From NCBI GenBank assembly GCA_963728565.1, contig CAVSLC010000005.1, positions 160,001 through 224,000 of the forward strand: DNA of 64,000 nucleotides. The letters run 5' to 3'. The stretch is from an uncultured delta proteobacterium (GTDB lineage: Bacteria; Desulfobacterota; Binatia; UBA9968). Positions 39,004-49,727 of this stretch are shown in pieces (the stretch's first letter is position 1; every line of letters begins with the position of its first letter). The position numbers and the translations under genes were made by a program. The notes under the pieces were generated by a model that was not told where the DNA came from, did no database searches, and was given only the letters and a program-made list of their open reading frames with translations.

Positions 39004-41394
39004 TTAGGGACGTCTAATTCCGAGTTTGTCCATCCGCGACCGCAACGTGCTGGGATTTATTCCGAGGATCTCGGCCGCGCCCTTCTTGCCATGGATCACC
39101 CAACCCGTCTCGTTCAAAGCCCGGACGATGTGATGGCGCTCGATGTTTTCAAGCGTGTCAATCGACTGTTGGACGGTACTATGAGACTGAAGCACGGAAT
39201 CATCGATATCCACGATCGAACCACTGGCGAGAACCACCGCCCGCTCGACGACGTTTTGCAGTTCCCGGACATTTCCCGGCCAGTTGTAGTTCGTCAGGCT
39301 CTCCATCGACTTTTGTGAAACACTGCGAACTTCTTTGCCGAGCTTCTTGGCATATTTTCCCAGAAAAAAGTGGACCAGGAGCAGCACGTCTCCCTTGCGC
39401 TCCCTTAGCGGCGGAGCCTCAAGAGGCAATACATTGAGCCGATAAAAAAGATCAGATCGGAACGTGCCGTTGGCCACAACCTCCTTGAGCTCACGATTGG
39501 TGGCAGCGATCACTCGCACATCGACCTTGATTGTTTCGCTGCTACCCACTCGTTCAAATTCCCCTTCCTGCAGCACGCGAAGCAATTTCACTTGGGTATC
39601 GAAGGGTAATTCCGTGACCTCATCAAGAAAGATGGTTCCGCCATTGGCCAGTTCGAATCTGCCGATGCGGCGCTGTGTTGCTCCCGTGAATGCGCCTTTC
39701 TCATGGCCAAAGAGCTCGCTCTCGACCAAGCCGGACGGTATGGATCCGCAGTTGACTTTGACCAGCGGCCGATCTTTGCGCAGGCTTCGATTATGAACCG
39801 CTCGGGCGAGGAGTTCTTTGCCGGTGCCCGTCTCACCTTGAATCAATACGGTTGCTTCGGTGGGCGCTACCTGTTCGATAGTGCGCAGCAACTGACGCAT
39901 GGGCGCGCTCTGTCCGATGATCTCTTCAAAGTTATGTTCGGTTTTGATTTCCTCCTGGAGGTAAACGGTTTCGGAGTGAAATCGCGCTTTCAGCGCGTCG
40001 ATCTCTTCATAGGATTTCATATTGTCGACGGCGATAGCGATTTGGTTGGCAACCTCCATGAGAAACTGAGCGTCCCCTGCGCTGTAACGGTTCTTTGTCA
40101 GACTTCCTACAGTGATAGCGCCGATACTCTTGCCGCGAACAATAAGCGGCAGAGCACAGACGGAGCGAAACCCGTGCCCATACGCGCGTTCCTCCGAGGA
40201 AGTCCGCCGCCGGGCTTCAAGGTCACTGCGCAGAATGGGTTTTTGACTTACGAATGCCATCCCGGCGGGGCTATCGTGCAACTCAAGCACCCGACCGATG
40301 GGGGTGTAATCGTCGCGCCGGTATGGACCGGCGTAAGTGACCAGTCGCAGGACAGCGGCCGCCGGGTCGTAGAGTGAAAGTGAGAGTCGATCGAACGGAA
40401 TCGCCCGGCCGAGGACCTCTGCGATGGCGCAGAAAAGCTCGTCTCGCGTTAATTTAGTGACAATAGCATTGTTGATGCCTAGTAGCGTGCGGAGATGCTC
40501 TTCGCTCTTTTTCAACGCCTCGTCGGCACGTTTTCGCTCCAGCTCGACTGCAGCCCGGGTGGCGAATACTTGCAGGATCGATAGCGCCTGTTCGCTGAAA
40601 ACTCTGGGTTGGGTGTCGATCACGACCAGATGCCCTAAGATACTTCCGGCTGAATTCATGAGTGGAACGCCCGCATAACTCTGCGCCCCCAGTGTGATGA
40701 GTCCTGGATCCGCCGGAAAGAGAACTTGTAATCGCTCCGGGTAGGAACAGATATTTCCTTGGATGACGCGTTCGCAAGGCGTGCCCGCGAGTGGAAAATC
40801 CATGTTTTCACCAAAGCCTTGCCCTGCCCAAAAGGCCAACATACGAACTCGTTTGTCGGTCTCATCTGCACATTCGGCGACAAAACAGTAGCGGACCTGA
40901 AGCGCTTGAGACACGTGTTTGACCAACGAACGAAAGAATTCATCCCCCGTGCTGCCGGCCGTTCCCTCGGTGATGTGCCGGAGAGTTTCTTCTATAGGCC
41001 GGCGCTCGCTGATGTCGCGAATTATGAAAGTGGCTTTTCCGATGCCGACATTGTCCTTATAAAAACCACTGCAAACTTCGCCAAGAAAAACCGAGCCATC
41101 TTTGCGCTTGAAGTTGAGCTCGCCTTTGAAGCGGCCTTTTTGCTCCTGCTCTGTTAGCAGCACCGACAACCGGCTATCAGTGGGATCCACCAGCGCGGTC
41201 AGGCCGATTTGGCGAATCGCCTCCTTGGGCCAGCCGAACAGCCGGCATGCCGCGGGATTGGCGGCTTCGATGATTCCCTCGGCGCCAGAAAGTAAAACCG
41301 CATCGTTGCTGTTCTCAAACAGCAGCCGGAACGGATCTTCGCTGTCGCGCAATTCGGCATCGCCCCTGGTCGGCTCAATCGTACCAACGATCAT
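39004..41394 (-). CDS. sigma54-dependent enhancer-binding protein, PAS-GAF-GAF-AAA+-HTH (FhlA-like)
   Basis: [28 protein letters not shown] and a C-terminal HTH ([16 protein letters not shown]). Confidence 0.95.
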   Translation of the reverse strand: MIVGTIEPTRGDAELRDSEDPFRLLFENSNDAVLLSGAEGIIEAANPAACRLFGWPKEAIRQIGLTALVDPTDSRLSVLLTEQEQKGRFKGELNFKRKDGSVFLGEVCSGFYKDNVGIGKATFIIRDISERRPIEETLRHITEGTAGSTGDEFFRSLVKHVSQALQVRYCFVAECADETDKRVRMLAFWAGQGFGENMDFPLAGTPCERVIQGNICSYPERLQVLFPADPGLITLGAQSYAGVPLMNSAGSILGHLVVIDTQPRVFSEQALSILQVFATRAAVELERKRADEALKKSEEHLRTLLGINNAIVTKLTRDELFCAIAEVLGRAIPFDRLSLSLYDPAAAVLRLVTYAGPYRRDDYTPIGRVLELHDSPAGMAFVSQKPILRSDLEARRRTSSEERAYGHGFRSVCALPLIVRGKSIGAITVGSLTKNRYSAGDAQFLMEVANQIAIAVDNMKSYEEIDALKARFHSETVYLQEEIKTEHNFEEIIGQSAPMRQLLRTIEQVAPTEATVLIQGETGTGKELLARAVHNRSLRKDRPLVKVNCGSIPSGLVESELFGHEKGAFTGATQRRIGRFELANGGTIFLDEVTELPFDTQVKLLRVLQEGEFERVGSSETIKVDVRVIAATNRELKEVVANGTFRSDLFYRLNVLPLEAPPLRERKGDVLLLVHFFLGKYAKKLGKEVRSVSQKSMESLTNYNWPGNVRELQNVVERAVVLASGSIVDIDDSVLQSHSTVQQSIDTLENIERHHIVRALNETGWVIHGKKGAAEILGINPSTLRSRMDKLGIRRP

Positions 41395-41454
41395 AGTGGA
41401 TCATCCCTAACTGTAGTCTTTTGCATGACTCTTGTTCTGCGTATTACGACGGGC

Positions 41455-41487
41455 CGCGACATTTCGCAAGCATTGCGAAATGTCGCG
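41455..41487. promoter_or_regulatory. Upstream activator sequence (perfect 15-bp inverted repeat)
   Basis: CGCGACATTTCGCAA-gca-TTGCGAAATGTCGCG. The CATTTCG/CGAAATG half-sites resemble the E. coli FhlA site. Confidence 0.75.
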
Positions 41488-41534
41488 ATAGGTCGGCTCG
41501 CCGTAAGATCCGTTTCTAGAACGCTTCTCAACAG

Positions 41535-41547
41535 AATCAACCGCTTA
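41535..41547 (+). promoter_or_regulatory. IHF binding site
   Basis: AATCAA-CCGC-TTA matches WATCAANNNNTTR, between the UAS and the sigma54 promoter. Confidence 0.7.
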
Positions 41548-41553
41548 CATTGA

Positions 41554-41569
41554 TGGCATCACCTGTGCT
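41554..41569 (+). promoter_or_regulatory. sigma54 (-24/-12) promoter
   Basis: TGGCATCACCTGTGCT, with GG and GC at canonical spacing, 36 bp before the STAS gene. Confidence 0.8.
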
Positions 41570-41604
41570 CTAGGATCGCAATAGTTTTAGGAGTCACAAG
41601 CTCT

Positions 41605-41874
41605 ATGCTGCGAATCACTCAAAGCTCTCCGGATGAGGAAACGATCAGTTTACGTTTGGACGGCACCCTTACGGCGACGGCGTGCGGCGAGCTAGAAGCA
41701 CTCTGCTCCGAATATCGGGAGAGTGGCGGGAAGATAATCCACTTGGACATGACCGGCGTGCTTTTCATGAACGAAGAAGTTGCAAAAAGATTGATGGAAT
41801 TACGCAGCAGTCGGCTGAGCATCATTAATTGCTCCCCGTTTGTCGAAATGCTCTTAAAAACCGTAGCAACATAG
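41605..41874 (+). CDS. STAS domain protein
   Basis: MLRIT..LRLDGTL...LDMTGVLFM...INCSPFV STAS-like pattern. Confidence 0.8.
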   Translation: MLRITQSSPDEETISLRLDGTLTATACGELEALCSEYRESGGKIIHLDMTGVLFMNEEVAKRLMELRSSRLSIINCSPFVEMLLKTVAT

Positions 41875-41885
41875 GAGATCAACTC

Positions 41886-42647
41886 ATGCAAGGTTCATTT
41901 GTCGGAACCGAGATCGATAGAAGAAACTCTATGGCTTCTTGCGGTTCTATGATGGCGTTGGGTGACACCCGCGCCGCGAGAAAGACAGGGTCGGCGACCG
42001 GTAGGCTCGAATCGTCGAGCAGATCCAACGCATCCAGACGGAAACAGACCTCCGATAAAGACGATCCGTCGCTGATCGAGCGGCTCAAAGCCGGTGATCA
42101 CGAGGCGCTTGAGACCATCGTCGATCTCTATTCACCAAAGCTCTACAACGTAGCGCAACGAATTCTCGGCGACAGCGCGGATACCGAGGAAGTCATCCAA
42201 GACGTCTTCTGGACCGTCTTTCGCAAGGCCAAGACTTTCCAGGGGAACTCCCGGTTTTCAACCTGGCTTTATCGCTTGACCGTAAACCAGGCTTTGGGAA
42301 GAATCCGGCGCCGCAAAAATCATAAAAGAGAGATCGAGTACGAAGAATACCTGCCCAAGTTTACCGAGGATGGTCACCATCGGATCCGTCCCGTGGTCGA
42401 CTGGTCCGATACTCTCGATCGGAGTTATCTCGAACGAGAAATACAGCGGGTCGTTGAAGCTGCTTTGGAGGGATTGAAACCCCTCGACCGTAGCGTCGTC
42501 GTTCTCAGCGATTTGGAAGGCATGTCGGACAAAGAGATCGCGACTATCTCGCATCTGACTGTGTCTGCGGTGAAGACCCGGCTTCATCGCGCCCGGCTTT
42601 TTTTGCGCGGCCGATTAGCCACATATCTCGGCCACTCGGCCGAATAA
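41886..42647 (+). CDS. ECF RNA polymerase sigma factor
   Basis: EEVIQDVF and FSTWLYRL (sigma2), EIA..SAVKTRLHRAR (sigma4). GGAG RBS before ATG 41886. Confidence 0.93.
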   Translation: MQGSFVGTEIDRRNSMASCGSMMALGDTRAARKTGSATGRLESSSRSNASRRKQTSDKDDPSLIERLKAGDHEALETIVDLYSPKLYNVAQRILGDSADTEEVIQDVFWTVFRKAKTFQGNSRFSTWLYRLTVNQALGRIRRRKNHKREIEYEEYLPKFTEDGHHRIRPVVDWSDTLDRSYLEREIQRVVEAALEGLKPLDRSVVVLSDLEGMSDKEIATISHLTVSAVKTRLHRARLFLRGRLATYLGHSAE

Positions 42648-42673
42648 TGGAGACTGCTGAAATTTGAAACCTT

Positions 42674-42703
42674 TGCAACCTTTATCGACAAACGAGCATC
42701 TAA
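42674..42703 (+). promoter_or_regulatory. Putative ECF sigma promoter, copy 1
   Basis: TGCAACCTTT-N12-GCATCTAA. Confidence 0.75.
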
Positions 42704-42731
42704 AACCCAAGCCTGAGATTACATCGGAGGC

Positions 42732-42974
42732 ATGATCATGGAAAAAACCCGAACCCCGTACATACAGTTTCCGCCGAAAAAGAGTCCCATTCAGACTACT
42801 TTTATGGACCTGATCCAGGAACTCAGCCAACTCACCAACGACGACGGCATGGTCGTCGCGGCGGTTAAAAGAGTCTTCAATTCTCATACTGTACGGTTCG
42901 CTCACTCGCTGACGCCCGTGCGCCTGGTCGCCGGAGGGAGAACCTTGAAATCACGCATCCGTGCGCGCCGGTGA
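42732..42974 (+). CDS. Hypothetical protein (80 aa)
   Basis: ORF with GGAG RBS directly after ECF promoter copy 1. Confidence 0.7.
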   Translation: MIMEKTRTPYIQFPPKKSPIQTTFMDLIQELSQLTNDDGMVVAAVKRVFNSHTVRFAHSLTPVRLVAGGRTLKSRIRARR

Positions 42975-43048
42975 GCTGCCGATTGCCGGCCGGTCACAAT
43001 CGATTGGAGGATTTGCAAATTATTGCCGCTGTCGAGATAAATAGGAGG

Positions 43049-43369
43049 ATGAAACGCCATCGCTCCTCTCCGAGCAGAAAACGTGTCGGCTCGTCAAACA
43101 ACAACAAGACGGGCGAAAGCCGATTTCGGCCGCTGACCTGCGAAAAAGAAACCGCCCTGATCGCCGACTATCTCGCGTCGAATCTCGGCCCCGCAGACCT
43201 CGCGTCGTTCGAAAATCATCTCGAAGAGTGCCCCGATTGCAAGGCGTTTTTGCGGACCTACAAGAAGACTATCGAAATCACCCGCAGCTTCCTCGAGCTT
43301 GAATCTGCCAAAGCGCGCCAGCGCAAACCGGCGCGGCGCGCCGCGAACAGCCGGCAGCGCCGGAACTAA
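43049..43369 (+). CDS. zf-HC2 (ZAS) anti-sigma factor, soluble
   Basis: TC...L.DYL...L...FENHLEECPDC (HxxxCxxC). AGGAGG RBS. Confidence 0.88.
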   Translation: MKRHRSSPSRKRVGSSNNNKTGESRFRPLTCEKETALIADYLASNLGPADLASFENHLEECPDCKAFLRTYKKTIEITRSFLELESAKARQRKPARRAANSRQRRN

Positions 43370-43377
43370 ATAATCTG

Positions 43378-43407
43378 TGCATCCTTTTTCCATCGACCCT
43401 CATCCAA
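43378..43407 (+). promoter_or_regulatory. Putative ECF sigma promoter, copy 2
   Basis: TGCATCCTTT-N12-TCATCCAA. Confidence 0.7.
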
Positions 43408-43713
43408 ATGTGCACAGGATTCTACTGAACCCGGATTGCGCAGTTGAAGGAGAAGTCATGAGCGAGGAGCAAACCTTCCGCAGCGCAGACAATGCGTTTC
43501 TACCTTTGAGAGGCGACAACTGTCGGTGCCGTGCGTAACGACGTCACGCAAATAGAGGCGGCGAGCCAAGCATCAAAAAGGACTTTGAAACGGAACACTC
43601 CGGTGTCTTCGCTTCTCCAGGCTTGCCCCTCGCTCAATTTTTAACTGCGGAATCCGGGCTGACCCTTCCGGTTCGCTAACATCGACCATTCACCGTTTTC
43701 AAGGAGCTCGTGC

Positions 43714-44826
43714 ATGAAAGCTATAGCCGTTACGCCGAGAAAAAGAACCGTCGAAATTATCAATCAAGCCGAACCGCAGATTTTTTCCCCCACGGATGTC
43801 AAGCTGCGCATGCTGGAGGCCGGAGTCTGTGGCACGGACAGAGAAATCTGCGCCTTCGAATACGGGACCCCGCCTGCCGGTTCCGAGCAGCTGGTGATCG
43901 GCCACGAATCTATCGGCGAGGTGATAGAAACAGGTCCGAAAGTCACCCGCGTCAAAGCAGGAGACCTCGTCGTCCCAATGGTCCGCCGGCCGTGCCCGCA
44001 CGACCATTGCGCGGCCTGCCGCGCCGATCGTCAGGATTTTTGCTTCACCGGAGAATTTCAAGAACGGGGTATTAAAGAAAGGCACGGGTTCATGGCGCAG
44101 TTCGTTGTTGACGACGAAAAGTACATGAATCCCGTTCCGAGGGAAATGCGTGACGTTGCCGTTTTGGTAGAGCCGCTGACGATTGCTGAAAAGGGGCTGA
44201 CTCAAGTATGGCAAATGCAACAGCGCCTGCCTTGGGGCTGCCCGGTCACAACGGCAAAAGCAGCGGCTCATTGCCACCGGGCTGTTGTCCTGGGCGCGGG
44301 ACCGGTGGGATTGCTTGGGGCTATGGCCTTGATCAACTACGATTTTGAAACGTATGTTTATTCGCGAGAGCCCGCTCCGAATCCGAAGTCTCAACTACTC
44401 GAATCGATCGGCGCGCACTATATTTCGTCTGACAACATCGCTCCCGAAATGTTTCCCGAACAGATCGGCAACGTAGATTTAATCTACGAAGCGACGGGAG
44501 CTTCGAGCCTGGCCTTCGAAACGATGAAGTACCTCGGCACCAACGGCATCTTTATTTTTACAGGGGTGCCCGGCAGAAAACGCCCCATTCAAGTCGATAC
44601 CGACCTCATCATGCGCAATCTGGTTCTGAAAAACCAGGTCGTCTTCGGCACGGTCAATGCCGGGCGCGACTCCTTCGAAAACTCGATCCGCGATCTCGGC
44701 ACTTTCACCAAGCGTTGGCCCGAGGCGGTGCAGTCGCTGATCACCGGGCGCTTCCCAATGGAGGCTTACGGCGATCTTCTTCTCGGCCGCTCCGGAGGGA
44801 TCAAGAATGTCATCCGACTCAATTGA
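43714..44826 (+). CDS. Zn-dependent glucose 1-dehydrogenase (archaeal-type MDR)
   Basis: GVCGTDREI, GHE, VRRPC, ERGI, GAGPVG and VFGTVNA motifs. Confidence 0.88.
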   Translation: MKAIAVTPRKRTVEIINQAEPQIFSPTDVKLRMLEAGVCGTDREICAFEYGTPPAGSEQLVIGHESIGEVIETGPKVTRVKAGDLVVPMVRRPCPHDHCAACRADRQDFCFTGEFQERGIKERHGFMAQFVVDDEKYMNPVPREMRDVAVLVEPLTIAEKGLTQVWQMQQRLPWGCPVTTAKAAAHCHRAVVLGAGPVGLLGAMALINYDFETYVYSREPAPNPKSQLLESIGAHYISSDNIAPEMFPEQIGNVDLIYEATGASSLAFETMKYLGTNGIFIFTGVPGRKRPIQVDTDLIMRNLVLKNQVVFGTVNAGRDSFENSIRDLGTFTKRWPEAVQSLITGRFPMEAYGDLLLGRSGGIKNVIRLN

Positions 44827-44947
44827 TCCGACGGATGGTTGTTAGAAGCATGTAGCGGGAACTTCGAAGAGCAGAGTGAGTTCGATATGCACCGTTTCGG
44901 ATGATCCCGACCTGGAACGCTGTGACCTTGAAGTCTACTGAGAGCAC

Positions 44948-45733
44948 ATGACGGACGCCTTGAAACGCCATTGGCCCGAATATCTGATGGAGGCTGCTTG
45001 CCTCGGCCTGTTTATGATCTCGGCCTTCACCTTCGGCGCGATTTTGGAATATCCTGGGTCGGCCGTTCATCAGGCTATTCCCTCCTCACTGCTGCGGCGA
45101 TTCTTGATGGGCATCGCGATGGGATTGACTGCTATCCTCATCATATATTCACCGTGGGGCAAACAATCCGGCGCCCATATCAACCCGTCGACTACCCTGA
45201 CGTTTTTTCGACTCGGCAAGGTCGCCAAATGGGATGCGATCTTCTACATCGTCGCGCAGTTCGGAGGCGGCATAACCGGGGCTCTTCTGGCTTCGGCCGT
45301 TCTGGCTGCATGGGTCTCCCATCCCTCGGTGAATTACGTTGTGACAATGCCGGGGAGCGCCGGCATCGCCGCCGCATTCGTCGCCGAAGTAGCGATTACT
45401 TTCATCCTGATGAGCGTAATTCTCCGTGTTTCAAACAATACCCGACTGCATAAACTCACCGGCTTGTGCGCGGGAGCGTTGGTCGCCGCCTACATAACCC
45501 TCGAAGCGCCGATCTCGGGAATGAGCATGAACCCCGCGCGTACCTTCGCTTCCGCAGTGCCGGCGCAGTATTGGACGTCGCTATGGCTTTACTTCACTGC
45601 TCCTTTGATCGGTATGCTGGCCGCCGCCGAGGTCCACCTACGAAGCCGGAGTCCCCGTGTCGGTTGCGCCAAACTGCACCACGAAAATCCGAAGCGCTGT
45701 ATATTTTGCGGCAAACCCGCCTCTAAAGCATAG
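44948..45733 (+). CDS. Aquaporin (MIP family) with Cys/His-rich C-terminal tail
   Basis: SGAHINPS and SMNPART loops, tail CAKLHHENPKRCIFC. Confidence 0.93.
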   Translation: MTDALKRHWPEYLMEAACLGLFMISAFTFGAILEYPGSAVHQAIPSSLLRRFLMGIAMGLTAILIIYSPWGKQSGAHINPSTTLTFFRLGKVAKWDAIFYIVAQFGGGITGALLASAVLAAWVSHPSVNYVVTMPGSAGIAAAFVAEVAITFILMSVILRVSNNTRLHKLTGLCAGALVAAYITLEAPISGMSMNPARTFASAVPAQYWTSLWLYFTAPLIGMLAAAEVHLRSRSPRVGCAKLHHENPKRCIFCGKPASKA

Positions 45734-45865
45734 CGCTTGATAGCGCCGCGGCGCGGCATCGTTTTCGTTCACGCCGGGCATTCAAGATTAGCCGGGACGA
45801 ACGCTCGCCTGCCCGGAAAGACGGCGTGAAAGTTCAGTTGTGATTTAACCGCAGCGCCGCTCGGA

Positions 45866-45895
45866 TGCACCTTTTCTCGCGCGAAGCGCATCTAA
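45866..45895 (+). promoter_or_regulatory. Putative ECF sigma promoter, copy 3
   Basis: TGCACCTTTT-N12-GCATCTAA. Confidence 0.75.
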
Positions 45896-45934
45896 GCAGC
45901 ACGTAAAAAGATCCAGATAACCGGAGGGAAATCG

Positions 45935-46432
45935 ATGAAGCTCATTACGGCTGCCCTCGTAACAGTGACGCTACTGGCACTCTCTTCGGCCGGAGCGGAG
46001 CAGACCATTGAGAAAAAAGGGCTGACTCTGGACGGCGCGAAAAAAGTGATTGCGGCCGCGGTCGCCGCGGCTAAGAGCAAGAACGCGCCGGGCGGCGCCA
46101 TCGCCGTGGTCGACGAAGGAGGCAACCTCATCGCCGTCGAGCGGCTCGACAATACTTTTGCCGCCGGCGCCAACATCTCGATCGGCAAGGCGCGAACTGC
46201 AGTCCTGTTCAAGCGGCCGACGAAGTTCTTCGAAGATGTGATCAACAAAGGGCGCACCGCGATGACTAGTCTTAGTGATTTCACGCCGCTGCAGGGCGGC
46301 ATTCCGATCAGCGTCGATGGACAAATCATCGGCGCGGTAGGTGTTAGCGGCGCGGCCAGCGCCCAGCAAGACGAGGAACTCGCCATCGCTGGAGCCGACG
46401 CTTTGGCGACGAGCTCGGCGAAAATGCAATAG
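45935..46432 (+). CDS. GlcG/HbpS-family heme-binding protein (exported)
   Basis: IAVVDEGG, GKARTA, GGIPI...GAVGVSG and QDEELA motifs. Confidence 0.92.
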   Translation: MKLITAALVTVTLLALSSAGAEQTIEKKGLTLDGAKKVIAAAVAAAKSKNAPGGAIAVVDEGGNLIAVERLDNTFAAGANISIGKARTAVLFKRPTKFFEDVINKGRTAMTSLSDFTPLQGGIPISVDGQIIGAVGVSGAASAQQDEELAIAGADALATSSAKMQ

Positions 46433-46453
46433 ACCGCCAATTCAGGAGACGTC

Positions 46454-47314
46454 ATGAAATTCTTCAAGATTCTTATTGCACTGTCGTTTTTTTTCCTGCC
46501 GGCAACCGGAGCTCAGGCTCAACTGCAAGAGAAAAAAGTTCTAACTCTAGAGGCAGCCGAGAAAGTCGCCGCCGCCGCCGAGGCGGAAGCAAAAAAGAGA
46601 AATGCCACCGTCGTCATTGTCGTGGTGGACGACGGCGGGTATCCGATCGTCCTCAAGCGGCTCAATGACACTCAAGTCGCAAGTGTCGATGTAGGCATCG
46701 GCAAAGCGCGCACCGCGGCCATCTTCCGCCGGCCCAGTAAGGACTTTGAAGATCAGATCACGCAGGGTCGCACAGCGTCGCTCGTTCTTCCCGGGGCCAC
46801 CCCGCTGCAAGGAGGCCTTCCCCTCGTGTTTGATGGCAAGGTCGTTGGCGCGATTGGCGTCAGCGGCAACACGCCGCAGGAGGACGAAGACATAGCCAAC
46901 GCTGGCGCCGCCAGCTTCGAAGCGTCTAATAGAGCCGCCGCCGTATCGATAACCCACCTGCCGGCGAAGCAAGTAAGCCAGGCATTTGTTAAAGGAATGC
47001 CGCTGGTCAGGGGAAAGAATTACAAAGTTGACGCCAGCCACCGCAATGAACCGGGAATCGTGGAAGTTCACACGCGCGATACGGATATTATCTACATGCT
47101 CCAAGGCTCGGCGACTTTGGTAACCGGCGGAACTCTCGTTGATCCGAAAAATATCGAACCTGAAGAGATTCGCGGCCGGGAATCTAAAGAGGGAGAAACT
47201 CGTATGATTACCAAGGGCGACATCGTCGTCATCCCAAACGGCACACCGCACTGGTTCAAGGAAGTCAAAGACCCGATCGATTATTACGTCGTCAAGGTCA
47301 GAGCAGCTGACTAA
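46454..47314 (+). CDS. GlcG/HbpS heme-binding domain fused to a cupin domain
   Basis: GlcG motifs, then EVH...DIIY...G...GDIVVIPNGTPHWF cupin. Confidence 0.88.
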   Translation: MKFFKILIALSFFFLPATGAQAQLQEKKVLTLEAAEKVAAAAEAEAKKRNATVVIVVVDDGGYPIVLKRLNDTQVASVDVGIGKARTAAIFRRPSKDFEDQITQGRTASLVLPGATPLQGGLPLVFDGKVVGAIGVSGNTPQEDEDIANAGAASFEASNRAAAVSITHLPAKQVSQAFVKGMPLVRGKNYKVDASHRNEPGIVEVHTRDTDIIYMLQGSATLVTGGTLVDPKNIEPEEIRGRESKEGETRMITKGDIVVIPNGTPHWFKEVKDPIDYYVVKVRAAD

Positions 47315-47328
47315 TTGAGGATACAAAC

Positions 47329-48988
47329 ATGACAAGGATCTTTCTGATAACCAGTATCGCCGCCCTTTTAGCTCTGCCCACCAAATTTGCCGCCGGAGCG
47401 GCGCCGGACGAATCGCTCGTCGGACGGAAGCCGGAAGCGACGATCGACCTTGCCACTCGACAAGGCGTGGAAACGGTGAAAGCCCAATGGCGCTACAGCG
47501 ACACAGAGATTGTCGAAGTCGATTTCAGATCCGCGGGACCTGACGGACAACCGAGCGGGACGCCAAATAAAGCCTACGACTTCACGCCGCATGCGGGCGG
47601 GGCCGACTTCGACGACTCCAACTGGGAAGTCATAGATTCCACGACTTTGGATCAACGCCGATCCGCTGGCAGACTCGGCTTCAACTGGTACAGGATCAAG
47701 ATCACCGTCCCGCAGCGAATCGGCAGTTTCGATCCAGCCGGCTCGACACTGGTCTTCGCCACGTCCGTCGACGACTATGCCGAAGTCTGGGTGGATGGAG
47801 AGTTGCCGCGCGCTGCCGGTCAGAGCGGCGGGTCAGTCGTCAAAGGCTGGAACGCAGAGAACCGGTTGATCGTCGGCCGTGACGTGAAGGCCGGCCAAAA
47901 GATCCAGCTCGCGATCTTCGGCATCAACGGTCCAATCTCCAATTCACCGACCAACTATATCTATGTGCGCTATGCGAAGCTCGAATTTCACAAAATTCCG
48001 GGCGGGCCTGTTGCGGTGATGCCACAAGAGGTCAACGTGGAAATAACGCCGGCTCGATCCGGCAATCGACGCTATCGTTCCACCCAACCCCAAAATTTTT
48101 AAGCTCGCCGAAGGCTTTCAATTCACCGAAGGACCCGTTTGGTTGCAAAACGGCGATTTTCTCTTCAGCGATCCGAACGCTAATAAAATCTACAAGTATG
48201 CGGCCGACGGAACGCTCTCGGTGTTCAAAGAGAACAGCGGTTACTCCGGCAAAGACATCACTGAATATTTCCAACCGGGCTCCAATGGGCTGACGCTCGA
48301 CCCGGATGGGAGACTGACGATCAATGAGCATGGTAACAGGCGGATCGTGCGGGTGGAAAAAGATGGAAAGCTAACGGTCCTCGCCGATCGCTTCGAAGGC
48401 AAGCGACTCAACAGTCCCAATGATCTCGTCTATCGCTCGGACGGAACGCTCTTCTTTAGCGATCCGCCTTTCGGCTTGCCGAAATTTTACGACGACGCGG
48501 CCAAGGAACTTCCCTACAGCGGCGTGTTCGCCCTCTATAAAGGCCAACTCAAGCTGGTGACAAGCGATCTGAAAGGGCCCAATGGAATCGCCTTTTCACC
48601 GGATGAAAAGTATCTCTATGTCGGCAACTGGGATCCGGAAAAAAAGATCGTAATGCGTTACGAAGTCAATCCCGACGCAACGCTGTCCAATGGAAAAGTC
48701 TTCTTCGACATGACCAGCTCGCCGGGACAAGACGCGATCGACGGCATCAAGGTCGATCAGCAAGGGAACCTCTACGTCTCCGGGCCCGGCGGGTTGTGGA
48801 TTCTTTCGCCGGCGGGCAAACACCTCGGGACAATTAAGGCACCGAAGCATCCGCACAACCTTGCGTGGGGTGGGGAAGACGGAAAAACCCTGTACTTGAC
48901 GGCACAGAGCACGCTTTACCGGATGCCGCTCAATATTCCCGGCATCCGTCCGGCGGATGTAATGAACAAACTCGCCGCGCAGCGTTAG
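47329..48988 (+). CDS. SMP-30/gluconolactonase with N-terminal beta-sandwich domain, frameshift ~48049
   Basis: Removing one base joins the N-domain to RLDPAIDAIV...FTEGPVW, GSNGL, NSPND, PNGIAFSPD and DGIKVD. Confidence 0.85.
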
Positions 48989-49141
48989 GTGAAAGAAATA
49001 GAAACGCCCAAAGAAACGGGAAGAATGGCAATCGCGACCTTAAATTCACTGGGCTCAGAGCAGAATATGCACCGGATCAAATGCGACTCGTTGCGAGTCC
49101 GAAGACGGCAGAAAATACAATTAGGAGAAAAGGGACAATTT

Positions 49142-49715
49142 ATGAGAGAGAGCACACCCTTAAACATCCCCGTCATATTGGGAACCACGCGCAAGGGCCG
49201 CATGAGTGAGCACGCCGCCCGCTTCATGGCGGGGCAGATCGAAAAGCGCAACGGGGTCAGAACCGAACTGATCGATATTTCCAAGCTTCCAATGCCCATC
49301 GATGATGCCGGGGAGGACATCAAAGATCCGGCGTTTTCAGAAAAGATGACGATGGCTGATGCGCTGGTGATCGTGACTCCGGAATACAATCACAGCTTTC
49401 CCGGACTTGCTCAAGCATGTTCTGGACAGCTGCCTGAAAGAATACATCCACAAGGCTGCCGGGATCGTCGGCGTGTCGGCCGGTCCTTTTGGCGGCGTAC
49501 GGGCAATCCAAGACTTTCTGCCGGTGATTCGTGAGCTGGGCCTGGTGAATATTTTCTGGGACGTCAATTTCGGCAACGTAAGCAAGGTCTTCGACGAATC
49601 CGGCAAGCTGCTCGACGAAGCCTTTGTTGCGCGCGCCGACAAGTTTTTGAACGAATTGGTTTGGATGGCGAAAACCTTGCGCTACGGGCGCGACAATATT
49701 GCTCTGGATAGCTGA
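49142..49715 (+). CDS. NADPH-dependent FMN reductase, frameshift ~49407
   Basis: GTTRKGR, TPEYNHSFPG-LKHVLD and SAGPFGG motifs. Confidence 0.88.
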
Positions 49716-49727
49716 CGGGAGGACGAC

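Noticed and set aside
48040-48060. Programmed ribosomal frameshifting at the split genes
   Set aside because: No consistent slippery heptamer or stimulatory structure, and the breaks are scattered over unrelated genes.
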